NCBI GenBank assembly: GCA_028712705.1
Contig: JAQTPP010000001.1
Coordinates: 17,521 to 81,520 of the forward strand
Length of the DNA: 64,000 nt
Reading direction: 5' to 3'
Origin: Candidatus Daviesbacteria bacterium
Lineage (GTDB): Bacteria; Patescibacteriota; Microgenomatia; Daviesbacterales; UBA10151
Part shown: positions 1 to 8,855 of the stretch, piece by piece
Numbering within the stretch: position 1 is the stretch's first letter
How the letters are laid out: every line of letters starts with the position of its first letter
Position numbers and translations under genes: made by a program
The notes under the pieces: generated by a model
Seen by the model: only the letters and a program-made list of their open reading frames with translations
The model's database searches: none
Told to the model about the DNA's origin: nothing

Positions 1-1658
1 CTTCTCTGCAGCAAATTTTTGCCATTTTTGTTTATATTTTTAATATCTTGCAAAGACTGTTTAAAGCAATTTTTAATAATCAGCGGACATTTGAAGCAAA
101 ACATATTCCGATTAAAGTTTCCGGAGTTGACGAACGCCCTATCACAAAACCGCTAACAACGCAGCAAAAAGAGGCCGTTATTGCTGATGTATTGGTACAA
201 AATGTGGCAGGGCAAAGTAAAATCTGGAAATATCCACCTTTAAATTTATTATCTGATAAGGTGGGATCGGCTGCTGAAAGAGGTAATGTTAAAGATAACG
301 CTAATATTATCGAAAAAACGCTAGATTCATTTGGGATTCAGGCAAATGTGGCAGAAGTCAACGGCGGGCCGGCAGTAACACAATATGCGCTGCGTATCTC
401 AGCAGGAACCAAAATTTCGAAGATTGCCAATTTACAGCATGATATTGCGCTGTCTCTGGCTACGCCTACCGGTACTGTCAGAATTGAGGCGCCTATTCCC
501 GGAAAATCCCTGGTTGGTATCGAGGTACCAAACCGCTCTCTTGAGATAGTCGGCTTGAAACAGATTTTAGCATCGGAAGAGATGCAGAAACATAAATCAA
601 GACTGGCTGTTGCACTGGGACGGGATACTTCTTCAAAGCCAATGATTGTAGATATAGACAAGATGCCTCACGTTCTGATTGCCGGTACAACCGGTTCAGG
701 TAAATCGGTGTTAATTAATGCAGTTATTGCTTCTTTGCTTTTCAGGAATTCACCGGACACCTTGAAGATGATTTTGATTGATCCAAAAAGGGTAGAGCTG
801 ACAAACTACAATGGCGTTCCTCATCTTCTGACACCGGTTATTACGGAACCGGAAAAGATTCTATCTTCTTTGAAGTGGGCAATGGCCGAGATGGATAGAC
901 GCTATAAATTATTCCAGTCAGTCGGAGTACGTAATATCACAGGTTATAATGAAATGTCCGGTTTTCAGGCTCTGCCATATATTATCATTATTGTTGACGA
1001 ATTGGCCGATTTGATGATGTTTGCGCCGGTTGAGATTGAGGATGCAATTACCAGGATTGCCCAATTGGCCAGAGCAACAGGAATTCATCTGGTGGTGGCA
1101 ACCCAGCGGCCTTCTGTTGACGTTATTACAGGTTTAATCAAAGCCAATATCCCCTGCCGGATTGCATTTAACGTATCTTCCATGATTGACTCCCGGGTTA
1201 TTTTAGACGGACCCGGGGCGGAAAAATTGTTGGGACGGGGAGACATGTTGTTTTTGCCTCCGGATGCTTCAAAACCGATTCGTATTCAAGGAGTGTTTGT
1301 CCAGGATAATGAGATCGAGAGTTTGATTAAATACCTTAAGAATACCGGTATTGCGCCGGAATATACCACAGAGGTAACGGAGATGCCGCTGGGTAGGTGG
1401 AGCGGAAGAGGCGGTAATGGAGGCGAAAAAGACCAGTTATTTGAGGAGGCAGTTAAAACTATTTGCCAATACGATCGGGCTTCGGCATCCCTGCTTCAAA
1501 GAAGGCTCAAGGTCGGTTATGCCAGGGCTGCCAGGATTTTAGATGAACTGGAGGCAGCAGGAATAGTCGGTCCGGGTGAAGGCAGCAAACCCCGGGATGT
1601 ATTGGTGAGAAATGCTGAGGAATATTTTGCTGCTCAACAAACTACGAGCGAAAATTAA
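1..1658 (+). CDS. ftsK: DNA translocase FtsK/SpoIIIE, C-terminal motor and gamma domain (5' partial; frame open to window start)
   Basis: Walker A 'AGTTGSGKS'; 'VVATQRPSVDVITG' motor motif; C-terminal winged-helix gamma domain 'LLQRRLKVGYARAARILDELE'; no stop upstream of 48 in frame. Confidence 0.8.
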   Translation, partial: SLQQIFAIFVYIFNILQRLFKAIFNNQRTFEAKHIPIKVSGVDERPITKPLTTQQKEAVIADVLVQNVAGQSKIWKYPPLNLLSDKVGSAAERGNVKDNANIIEKTLDSFGIQANVAEVNGGPAVTQYALRISAGTKISKIANLQHDIALSLATPTGTVRIEAPIPGKSLVGIEVPNRSLEIVGLKQILASEEMQKHKSRLAVALGRDTSSKPMIVDIDKMPHVLIAGTTGSGKSVLINAVIASLLFRNSPDTLKMILIDPKRVELTNYNGVPHLLTPVITEPEKILSSLKWAMAEMDRRYKLFQSVGVRNITGYNEMSGFQALPYIIIIVDELADLMMFAPVEIEDAITRIAQLARATGIHLVVATQRPSVDVITGLIKANIPCRIAFNVSSMIDSRVILDGPGAEKLLGRGDMLFLPPDASKPIRIQGVFVQDNEIESLIKYLKNTGIAPEYTTEVTEMPLGRWSGRGGNGGEKDQLFEEAVKTICQYDRASASLLQRRLKVGYARAARILDELEAAGIVGPGEGSKPRDVLVRNAEEYFAAQQTTSEN

Positions 1659-1700
1659 ATTCAGTATTTAAAAATCAATTTATTCACGATCGTGAACATT

Positions 1701-1728
1701 TTGAATCCTTAACTATTAACTTTAGAAT
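1701..1728 (+). promoter_or_regulatory. Candidate sigma70-like promoter (TTGAAT-16-TAGAAT) for tsaC, with perfect 14-nt palindrome TTCACGATCGTGAA (1683-1696) abutting the -35
   Basis: hexamer match and spacing seen directly; palindrome is a possible operator. Confidence 0.3.
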
Positions 1729-1759
1729 ACTGAGGTGTAGCTACAATTCCACCCCCGAG

Positions 1760-2395
1760 GTGGAAGCAGGAATAATGGCAGATTATGAATTTGGTACAAT
1801 TGAGCGGATGGAAGCTTTAGATTTAACTTTTGAAGAAACAGATCAGATTATAAAACTTTTAAAATCTGGCAAAGTTGGTGTAATGCCGACAGATACCATT
1901 TATGGTATTGTAGGATCAGCCCTCAGTCCTGAAACTGTCGAAAGAATTTATACCCTGCGAAAAAGAGATTCCACTAAACCAATGATTGTTTTAATTTCCT
2001 CCTTGGGTGATTTGCAAAAATTCGGTATTTCTTTAACAGAAAAACAAAAAAGTTTTTTGCAGAAAATTTGGCCCAATCCCGTTAGCGTTGTTTTGCCATG
2101 CCTTCAAGAAAGATTTTCTTATCTTCACAGAGGCAAAAAAAGTTTAGCATTTAGAATGCCTAAAAGTATTATGCTTTTAAATATTTTAGAAAAAGCTGGG
2201 CCTTTAGTTGCACCTAGTGCAAATTTTGAAGATAGTAAACCAGCCGAAACTATTGCTGAAGCAAAAAAATATTTCGAGGATAATGTATCTTTTTATGTAG
2301 ACGGAGGAAAATTAAAGTCTAAACCTTCGACAATCGTTAGACTATACAAGGACGGCACGCGGATAGTTTTAAGAGAAGGCGCTTACAGGGTATAA
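1760..2395 (+). CDS. tsaC: L-threonylcarbamoyladenylate synthase, YrdC/TsaC type (t6A tRNA modification)
   Basis: YrdC-domain signature 'DTIYGIVGSA...KPMIVLIS'; ~210 aa single-domain size. Confidence 0.65.
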   Translation: MEAGIMADYEFGTIERMEALDLTFEETDQIIKLLKSGKVGVMPTDTIYGIVGSALSPETVERIYTLRKRDSTKPMIVLISSLGDLQKFGISLTEKQKSFLQKIWPNPVSVVLPCLQERFSYLHRGKKSLAFRMPKSIMLLNILEKAGPLVAPSANFEDSKPAETIAEAKKYFEDNVSFYVDGGKLKSKPSTIVRLYKDGTRIVLREGAYRV

Positions 2396-2405
2396 TATCG
2401 GTTAC

Positions 2406-3044
2406 ATGAGAACTGCTGGACAGATTTTAAAAGAAGAAAGAGAAAGAAAATTTTATACTCTGGACGAGATTGAGAAAGCTACAAAGATTAGAAAAGAACT
2501 GTTAGAGGCGTTAGAAGCAGGTCAGTATTCAAAACTTCCTCCACAAACTTTTGTTCAGGGTTTTATTAAAAATTACGGTAAATTCCTGGGACTCAGTCAG
2601 GATAAATTATTGGCAATATACAGGAGAGAATTTTCTGAATCGAAACATCCTCCCAGGATTTTGGATTCATTTAAGGAGCCTATTGAAAAGAAAAAATTTA
2701 AGCTTACACCGGCAAGAGCTTTGGGAAGTGTAGTTTTAGGTCTTATTATTATTTTTTTTGTCTATCTTTGGATCCAATATAGATTTTTGGTAGGGGGACC
2801 ATTTTTGGAGGTAAGCCAACCGGTTAACCAATTTAATACAACTTCTCCGGCAGTGCAGGTTACCGGCAGAACAGATCCCGAGGCGAAAGTAAGCATTAAC
2901 AATCAAGAAGTTGGAGTAGATACCTCCGGAAGATTCTCGCAAGAGATTAAGCTGACTGATAATATAAGCAATATAGAAATTAGCGCTAAATCAAAAAGCG
3001 GCCAAGTCACAAAAATTGAAAGAACGGTTTTTTTGAAAAAATGA
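2406..3044 (+). CDS. RodZ-like HTH (XRE-type) membrane protein
   Basis: N-terminal HTH 'LDEIEKATKIRKELLEALEAGQYSKLP', single TM 'VVLGLIIIFFVYLWI', C-terminal extracytoplasmic domain. Confidence 0.45.
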   Translation: MRTAGQILKEERERKFYTLDEIEKATKIRKELLEALEAGQYSKLPPQTFVQGFIKNYGKFLGLSQDKLLAIYRREFSESKHPPRILDSFKEPIEKKKFKLTPARALGSVVLGLIIIFFVYLWIQYRFLVGGPFLEVSQPVNQFNTTSPAVQVTGRTDPEAKVSINNQEVGVDTSGRFSQEIKLTDNISNIEISAKSKSGQVTKIERTVFLKK

Positions 3045-3110
3045 CCCCGATTTATCGTGGGTCATCCTGAGCGATTAGCGACCGCGTGCCGCCATAGCTT
3101 TAGCGGTGGC
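3041..3110. repeat. Family-2 intergenic repeat copy (GTCATCCTGAGCGATTAGCGA core) with flanking hairpins
   Basis: ATGACCC/GGGTCAT hairpin, core motif at 3061-3082, second hairpin GCGTGCCGCC/GCGGTGGCGC. Confidence 0.5.
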
Positions 3111-3434
3111 GCAAGGATCTATTGTTATGTTAAACTTAAGCTCGTGGATTATTTACAAATTGCTTTAATTTTCTTGATTTTGCTGTTATCTATCTTCCTG
3201 GCCATTACCGGTATTCAAGTATTTTTTATTTTGCGGGATTTGAAGAAAGCTCTGGATAAATTTAATGCAATTTTGCAGACAGGTGAGAACTTGGCAGAAG
3301 ATATTGAAAGGCCGGTGGCAGCTGCCAGTAGTCTGGCAACCAGCACAGGGGCAGCGGTTGTTTCAGGTGCAGCTAAGGCACTGGAAAAAATCATCAAACC
3401 CAAACCAAAGAGATTTTATAAAAAGGTTCTGTAG
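3057..3434 (+). CDS. Hypothetical small membrane-anchored protein (true start probably internal GTG/TTG near 3145)
   Basis: ORF-track ORF; 5' portion overlaps repeat element; one TM 'IALIFLILLLSIFLAITGIQVFFIL' then A/S-rich soluble tail. Confidence 0.25.
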   Translation: MGHPERLATACRHSFSGGARIYCYVKLKLVDYLQIALIFLILLLSIFLAITGIQVFFILRDLKKALDKFNAILQTGENLAEDIERPVAAASSLATSTGAAVVSGAAKALEKIIKPKPKRFYKKVL

Positions 3435-3437
3435 ATT

Positions 3438-3662
3438 TTATCTAACAAATTTTTCTAGTTCTTTTTTAGTCATGCCAGCCTGTTTAAGGATGCTAGTGAA
3501 TGTGCCAATAGCTATTTCTTTATGATTTGGAACAATGACAGTAAAATGTTTATTTCCTTGTCTTTTAAAGAGTTTAATATGACTTCCTCTTTGGCTGATA
3601 ATAGAAAATCCTGCTCTTAGCAACGCTGAAAGTATGATGCGTGCAGAATATAACTTAGGCAT
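3438..3662 (-). CDS. hicA: HicA-family toxin (YcfA-like mRNA interferase)
   Basis: 74 aa; 'RGSHIKLFKRQGNKHFTVIVPNHKEIAIGTFTSILKQAGMTKKEL' matches HicA fold signature; 8-bp overlap with upstream hicB. Confidence 0.6.
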   Translation of the reverse strand: MPKLYSARIILSALLRAGFSIISQRGSHIKLFKRQGNKHFTVIVPNHKEIAIGTFTSILKQAGMTKKELEKFVR

Positions 3663-3870
3663 TAACTTGGATGGATAAATCTTGAAGTCTTGGTTTGTTT
3701 ACTGGAGTTAGTTCGATATTAGATTGGTCTTCAAAGTATAATTCAAGAGCCTCTTTTAAATTGTCCAAAGCTTCTGTGTGGGTTTTGCCCTGACTAGTTA
3801 CTTCTATCTCTAGAGCTTTGGCAACATACCATTTATCTTCTTTCCATACTACAGAATGAATTCTTTTCAT
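3655..3870 (-). CDS. hicB: HicB-family antitoxin (UPF0150); start taken at internal Met (MKRIHSVVW...)
   Basis: 'WYVAKALEIEVTSQGKTHTEALDNLKEALELYFED' HicB-like; TGgTATAAT extended -10 at 3877-3885 ends ~8 nt before ATG (leaderless-like). Confidence 0.55.
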   Translation of the reverse strand: MKRIHSVVWKEDKWYVAKALEIEVTSQGKTHTEALDNLKEALELYFEDQSNIELTPVNKPRLQDLSIQVNA

Positions 3871-3942
3871 AGGTGTATTATACCATTTACTTGATAGAGG
3901 TTTATGCTTCGTTTGGAGGATAATAAGTGGTAAAATACCAAC

Positions 3943-5733
3943 ATGACGTCTCAAGAATTAAGAGCAAAATTTTTAAAATTTTTTGAAAAGAATGATCACA
4001 AAATTATTCCTTCTGCCTCTTTGGTACCCTCGGAAGAAGAACAGCTTGAGGGTAAGGAAAAAGTTTTATTTACCAGCGCCGGAATGCAACCCTTAATCCC
4101 CTATCTCACAGGACAAAAAGAGCCGCCTAACAAAAAATTGGCCGATGTCCAAAAGTGCTTAAGGACAGACGATATTGAAAAAGTGGGAGATGCAGTTCAT
4201 CATACTTTTTTTGAGATGTTAGGTAATTGGTCCATAGGTGATTATTGGAAAGAAGAAGCAATCAGATTGTCTTTTGAATTTCTAACACAGGAACTAGAAA
4301 TACCTATAGAAAAACTTGCTATTTCTGTTTTTGCTGGAGATGAAGATGCGCCAAAAGATGAGGAGTCGGCTCAAATATGGAAGAGTTTAGGGATTTCTGA
4401 GAAAAGAATATTTTACTTTGGTAAAAATCATAATTGGTGGCCTACAGGTGAAAAATCAGGTCTGTGCGGTCCTGATACAGAAATGTTTTATTGGATAGGC
4501 GAGGGCAAACCGGAAGGGAAGCCGAATGAAGATTCACGATGGGTGGAGATTTGGAATGATGTTTTCATGCAGTTTAATAGAAAAGAAGACGGTACTTTAG
4601 AAGATTTGCCTCAAAAAAATGTGGATACAGGAATGGGTTTAGAAAGAACCTTGGCTGTATTAAATGGAAAAGAAAGTGATTATGAGACTGATTTGTTTAA
4701 ACCAATAATGAATGCAATAAGCGAGATGGGTCGATTTGAAATAAAGATGGAGCGGATAATAGCGGATCATCTTAAAGCTGCTGTTTTTCTAATTCTTGAT
4801 GGGGTTAGACCCGGGAATAAACAAGAGAGTTATGTATTGAGGAGACTTTTAAGAAGGTCTTCCGTATTGATTACTCGATATCCTGTTGAACAAGAATTAC
4901 ATTGGGGAACGTTTTCAAGAAATTTAGTTGAGGCATTATTTAATATTTATGATGGTTATTACGGTATAGAGATGGGGAATAATGTAAAGAAACAGGAAGT
5001 TGCTGAAGTAATTATTTCAGAAGTGGATAAATTCGAAAAGACTTTAAGGAGCGGATTAAAAGAAATTGAAAAGATTGAAAAGATTGATGGTAAAAAGGCT
5101 TTTGATTTGTACCAAACTTTCGGATTCCCTTATGAAGTAACTGAAGAATTATTTAGGCAAAAAGGTCAGCAAATTGACCGTGAGCAGTTTAAAGCAGAAT
5201 TTGAAAAACATCGTGAACTTTCCAGAACTGCTTCCAGTGGTATGTTTAAAGGAGGGTTAGCAGACCATAGTGAAATGGTGATTAAATACCATACTGCTAC
5301 TCACCTTTTGCATCGGGCCTTGCGGGATGTTTTGGGGCCGGAGGTTTTTCAAAAAGGTTCCAATATCACAGCTGAAAGATTAAGATTTGATTTTTCTTTT
5401 GATCGGAAGATGACGGATGAGGAAATAGAACGAGTTGAAGACTTGGTAAATGAAAAAATTAAAGAAGATTTAGTAGTTACAAAAGAAGTAATGGATAAAG
5501 ATAGTGCTTTACAAAGTGGGGCTTTGGGATTTTTCAATGAGAAATATGGGGATAAGGTCAAAGTTTATACAATAGGTAACCCTTCGACAGGCTCAGGGTC
5601 TCCCTTTTCAAGGGAGATTTGCGGCGGGCCGCATATTGAGCGTACCGGAGCAATAGGGAAAATTCAGATAATAAAAGAAGAAGCAGTGTCTTCCGGCATA
5701 CGTCGAATTAGGGCGGAAATTGTGTTAAGATAA
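3943..5733 (+). CDS. alaS: Alanine--tRNA ligase, short form (catalytic + editing domains, no C-Ala domain)
   Basis: N-terminal class II AlaRS motifs ('FTSAGMQP', 'HHTFFEMLGNWS'); editing-domain 'HTATHLLH' and 'CGGPHIERTG...GIRRIRAEI'; ends where C-Ala would begin. Confidence 0.85.
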   Translation: MTSQELRAKFLKFFEKNDHKIIPSASLVPSEEEQLEGKEKVLFTSAGMQPLIPYLTGQKEPPNKKLADVQKCLRTDDIEKVGDAVHHTFFEMLGNWSIGDYWKEEAIRLSFEFLTQELEIPIEKLAISVFAGDEDAPKDEESAQIWKSLGISEKRIFYFGKNHNWWPTGEKSGLCGPDTEMFYWIGEGKPEGKPNEDSRWVEIWNDVFMQFNRKEDGTLEDLPQKNVDTGMGLERTLAVLNGKESDYETDLFKPIMNAISEMGRFEIKMERIIADHLKAAVFLILDGVRPGNKQESYVLRRLLRRSSVLITRYPVEQELHWGTFSRNLVEALFNIYDGYYGIEMGNNVKKQEVAEVIISEVDKFEKTLRSGLKEIEKIEKIDGKKAFDLYQTFGFPYEVTEELFRQKGQQIDREQFKAEFEKHRELSRTASSGMFKGGLADHSEMVIKYHTATHLLHRALRDVLGPEVFQKGSNITAERLRFDFSFDRKMTDEEIERVEDLVNEKIKEDLVVTKEVMDKDSALQSGALGFFNEKYGDKVKVYTIGNPSTGSGSPFSREICGGPHIERTGAIGKIQIIKEEAVSSGIRRIRAEIVLR

Positions 5734-5739
5734 TTTAAA

Positions 5740-7947
5740 ATGAGCTTTCTAAGCAATCTCGCTAATCTATTACCAATTGGTAAAAAAGAAGAAACGAAGG
5801 AATATTTTTTTGCGCTTAATATCGGAACGGAAACTTTGACGGCCGCCCTTTGGGTTATTGAAGGTTTAAACTTAAAAATTTTAGAAACAGCTTCAGATAA
5901 TTACTCTTCGAATGATGATATTGCGACTGTTACGGATAAACTTTTGGATCAGGTTTTAGGCCTAAAAGAAATTGAACCCCAAAAAATTCTCTTTGGTGTA
6001 CCAAATTCCTGGATTGCGGATGAAAATCTAAAAGATGAGTATTTAAAGATTCTTAAAAGTTTGGTGAAAGAATTGGAACTAGTTCCAATGGCATACGTCG
6101 CCACAAGTCATGCCTTAATTCATTTCTTGGAGAAACAAGAAGGTGTCCCGACAACTGCCATACTGGTCGGTTTTGAGAAGCAACATCTAACCGTAATTGT
6201 GGTTCGGGCAGGGAAACTTGATGGTGTAAGAGTTATAGCGAGAGGAGAAACTGCTGGTTCGGATATAGAAAAAGCGCTACTTGCATTTACGGATGTGGAG
6301 ACTTTGCCTTCTAAGATTTTAATTTATGGGGAACAAGCTGAAAATTTAAAAAGCCAATTGCTGTCTTTTTCCTGGATGTCAAAACTTTCTTTCCTGCATC
6401 TTCCCAAAATAGATGTTTTGGGAGACGATGCTCCGATTAAAAGTGTTTGTTTGGCCGGAGGATCGGAGATAAACAGTGATATTAAATTTACCGAGCAGCA
6501 TATTCAAAAGTCTCCTGTCAAATCGACTTTGATTGATACCGGCGAGGAAGAGGTTAAGAATAAGATTGAGGTGGATGATTCTGCTGCCCAAGAAAATTTC
6601 GGATTTGTTGTCGGAGATGTTTCGAATCAGGAAAGATCAGTCCCGATTGAATCGGAGTCGGAAAATCAAGAAACTGGTGAATTAGAGGAACCAGAGAAAC
6701 TGGAAAGAGAAAAAGAACTTGTGGTTTCGCAAGAGCATGCTCTAGAAGTTGAGGATTTTGAGCAAGAAACGCATAAAGAAAAATTTAATCTCAAACGATT
6801 TATCCTAAAACAAAATTTTACAACTATGACTATAATTATCGGGGTAATTCTGGCACTAGTTTTGATTGGAGGCGCTTATGTTTTTCTACCAAAAGCAAAC
6901 ATGAAGATTTTTGTAGAACCGAAGATTGTAGAGCGGGATACCCAAGTTGTGGCCGATCCAAATCAAAAAACCGTTAATGAAGACGGGAAAATTATTCCGG
7001 GACAGATTATCGAGACGGAAGTATCCGGATCGGCAAAAGACAGCGCTTCCGGTAAAAGACAAATTGGCGATCCGGCAAAGGGGACGATTGTGCTTTACAA
7101 TAAAACTTTAGATTCCATTTCTCTGAGTAAGGGAACACAAATTAGTAAAGGGAGTATAAAATTTACACTGGATACCAGTGCAACAATTGCCTCATCGTCA
7201 GCCAGTGATACCGGAATTGCTTTTGGTAAAGTTAACACTACAGTTACAGCAGTAGCAGTCGGAGCTGATGGAAATATTTCATCAGGTGCGGATATAACGA
7301 TTGCAGGATATTCGTCGGATAAATTAACAGCAAAATCAGAAGGTAATTTTTCCGGAGGAACCTCTAAGGATGTAACTGTTGTTTCAAGCGAGGATACTCA
7401 GCGACTTCTGGCCAAGTTATCTTCGGATTTAAGGCAACAAGCTCAACAGAAATTGCAGGAGAAATATCCTAACAAGAAAATTTTGGAAGAAGCGCTGTCG
7501 GAACAAATCATCAGTAAAAGCTATAACAAAAATATTAATGATCAGGCAAGTGAATTTTCGCTGAATATGACTATTCGCTATAAAGGTACGGCGTTTGATG
7601 ATAATGATCTTAAATTAATTGTTTCAAAATTAGTAGATATGCAAGTACCGGAAGGATTTAAACTTGATATTTCGGCAACCGAAACTCAGGCAGATGTTTC
7701 TAAGCTGGAAAAGGACGGGAAGTTGATATTTTTAGCAAGGTTTAAGGCAAAATTAATACCCAAGATCGATATGGATAAAATTAAAGATAAGATTAAATTT
7801 AAGAGTTACTCTGAAGCTACGAACATTATTAAAGAAATGGAGAATGTTTTGGGCTCCGAAATTAATATAACTCCTGCTTTACCGAAAGCGATCCAACGAC
7901 TGCCAATACTTTCAAAGAATATCACGATTGAGGTGGGGCTTAAATGA
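5740..7947 (+). CDS. Hypothetical bitopic membrane protein: N-terminal actin-like (FtsA/PilM-like) domain, acidic linker, one TM, ~370-aa S/T-rich extracytoplasmic domain
   Basis: 'YFFALNIGTETLTAALWVIEG' resembles actin-fold phosphate-1 motif of FtsA/PilM; TM 'MTIIIGVILALVLIGGAYVFL'; stop overlaps sortase start. Confidence 0.35.
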   Translation: MSFLSNLANLLPIGKKEETKEYFFALNIGTETLTAALWVIEGLNLKILETASDNYSSNDDIATVTDKLLDQVLGLKEIEPQKILFGVPNSWIADENLKDEYLKILKSLVKELELVPMAYVATSHALIHFLEKQEGVPTTAILVGFEKQHLTVIVVRAGKLDGVRVIARGETAGSDIEKALLAFTDVETLPSKILIYGEQAENLKSQLLSFSWMSKLSFLHLPKIDVLGDDAPIKSVCLAGGSEINSDIKFTEQHIQKSPVKSTLIDTGEEEVKNKIEVDDSAAQENFGFVVGDVSNQERSVPIESESENQETGELEEPEKLEREKELVVSQEHALEVEDFEQETHKEKFNLKRFILKQNFTTMTIIIGVILALVLIGGAYVFLPKANMKIFVEPKIVERDTQVVADPNQKTVNEDGKIIPGQIIETEVSGSAKDSASGKRQIGDPAKGTIVLYNKTLDSISLSKGTQISKGSIKFTLDTSATIASSSASDTGIAFGKVNTTVTAVAVGADGNISSGADITIAGYSSDKLTAKSEGNFSGGTSKDVTVVSSEDTQRLLAKLSSDLRQQAQQKLQEKYPNKKILEEALSEQIISKSYNKNINDQASEFSLNMTIRYKGTAFDDNDLKLIVSKLVDMQVPEGFKLDISATETQADVSKLEKDGKLIFLARFKAKLIPKIDMDKIKDKIKFKSYSEATNIIKEMENVLGSEINITPALPKAIQRLPILSKNITIEVGLK

Positions 7948-8600
7948 TTGCTATTCTCCGCCGGTCCCAAGGAAAACTCATTTCAAGTTTATTTTTATCA
8001 GTTGGAATCTTTCTTTTGATACAAGTTATTGCACCACTTGTATCGTTTGAGGTATGGGCGATTGGACAGAAAATAAATAGCCGGACTTTGGTTAGTCCTG
8101 TTAAATCAAGCGAGCAAATTCTAGGTATTTCAGTGCAAGATCGGAATAATTTTCCTGCTTTTATTTCTTATTTGAAGAGGGAGACTCAACCCAATTATGA
8201 TCAGTTTAGCCTGTCTATTCCAAAATTAAAGATAGAAAGACAAGATGTTTTAGTTGATACGAATTATCTCTCGGAGAGCTTGGCTCATCTGTCAGGATCT
8301 GCTTTGCCGGGCGAGAAAGGTAATGTATTTATTTCCGGCCATTCTGCACTAAGTAAACTCTCCGCTATAAAAAGTGTCCCTTTTTCAAAACTACCTGAAT
8401 TAAAAAAAGGCGATCAAATTATTGTTGAAACTCTTGGGTCGAAGTTTGTTTATGAAGTTTCCGATTTTAAAGTTGTTGATCCGACAGATTTATCCGTCGT
8501 AGAAGCGCCGGAAACTCAAGGTAGATACATTTCTTTGATGACTTGTGTACCACCGGGTTTAAACCTAAAGCGATTGGTTGTTTTAGGGAAAATGATATAA
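7944..8600 (+). CDS. Sortase family transpeptidase
   Basis: N-terminal TM, catalytic His region 'VFISGHSA', active-site 'LMTCVPPG' (TLxTC-type). Confidence 0.7.
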   Translation: MIAILRRSQGKLISSLFLSVGIFLLIQVIAPLVSFEVWAIGQKINSRTLVSPVKSSEQILGISVQDRNNFPAFISYLKRETQPNYDQFSLSIPKLKIERQDVLVDTNYLSESLAHLSGSALPGEKGNVFISGHSALSKLSAIKSVPFSKLPELKKGDQIIVETLGSKFVYEVSDFKVVDPTDLSVVEAPETQGRYISLMTCVPPGLNLKRLVVLGKMI

Positions 8601-8601
8601 T

Positions 8602-8684
8602 GGAGCAGCTCGTTACGTACAAAATATGCTAACTTGCTGGCTCGTCGATGCACAAAGCCAACTTACCTGCGACTTCGCTGCTCC
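8602..8684. repeat. Family-1 long-hairpin intergenic element, copy A
   Basis: terminal inverted repeats GGAGCAGC...GCTGCTCC; internal 'GTACAAAATATGC' and 'CTGCGACTTCGCTG' shared with copies at 20126 and 29374. Confidence 0.5.
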
Positions 8685-8699
8685 TTATAGATTTATAAT

Positions 8700-8855
8700 C
8701 ACTAGCAGAAAACCCCGCTTTCTTAAAGCGGGGATGAATGCTAAAGTGATTACAGTCTTCCGCGGAAAGTTCGGTGGAATAAGCAAGGTAGGGTTTTCTG
8801 CTGTTCTTGTAAACTTGAAAGGAGAAAACCGCGGATTTTCAGTCCGCGGAAGTTT
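8700..8855 (+). other. Structured non-coding segment upstream of ruvX (nested stems, three CCGCGG-centred palindromes)
   Basis: 12-bp pairing AGCAGAAAACCC(8704-8715)/GGGTTTTCTGCT(8791-8802); inner hairpin CCCCGCTTT/AAAGCGGGG; TTCCGCGGAA palindromes at 8757, 8828, 8844. Confidence 0.35.
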
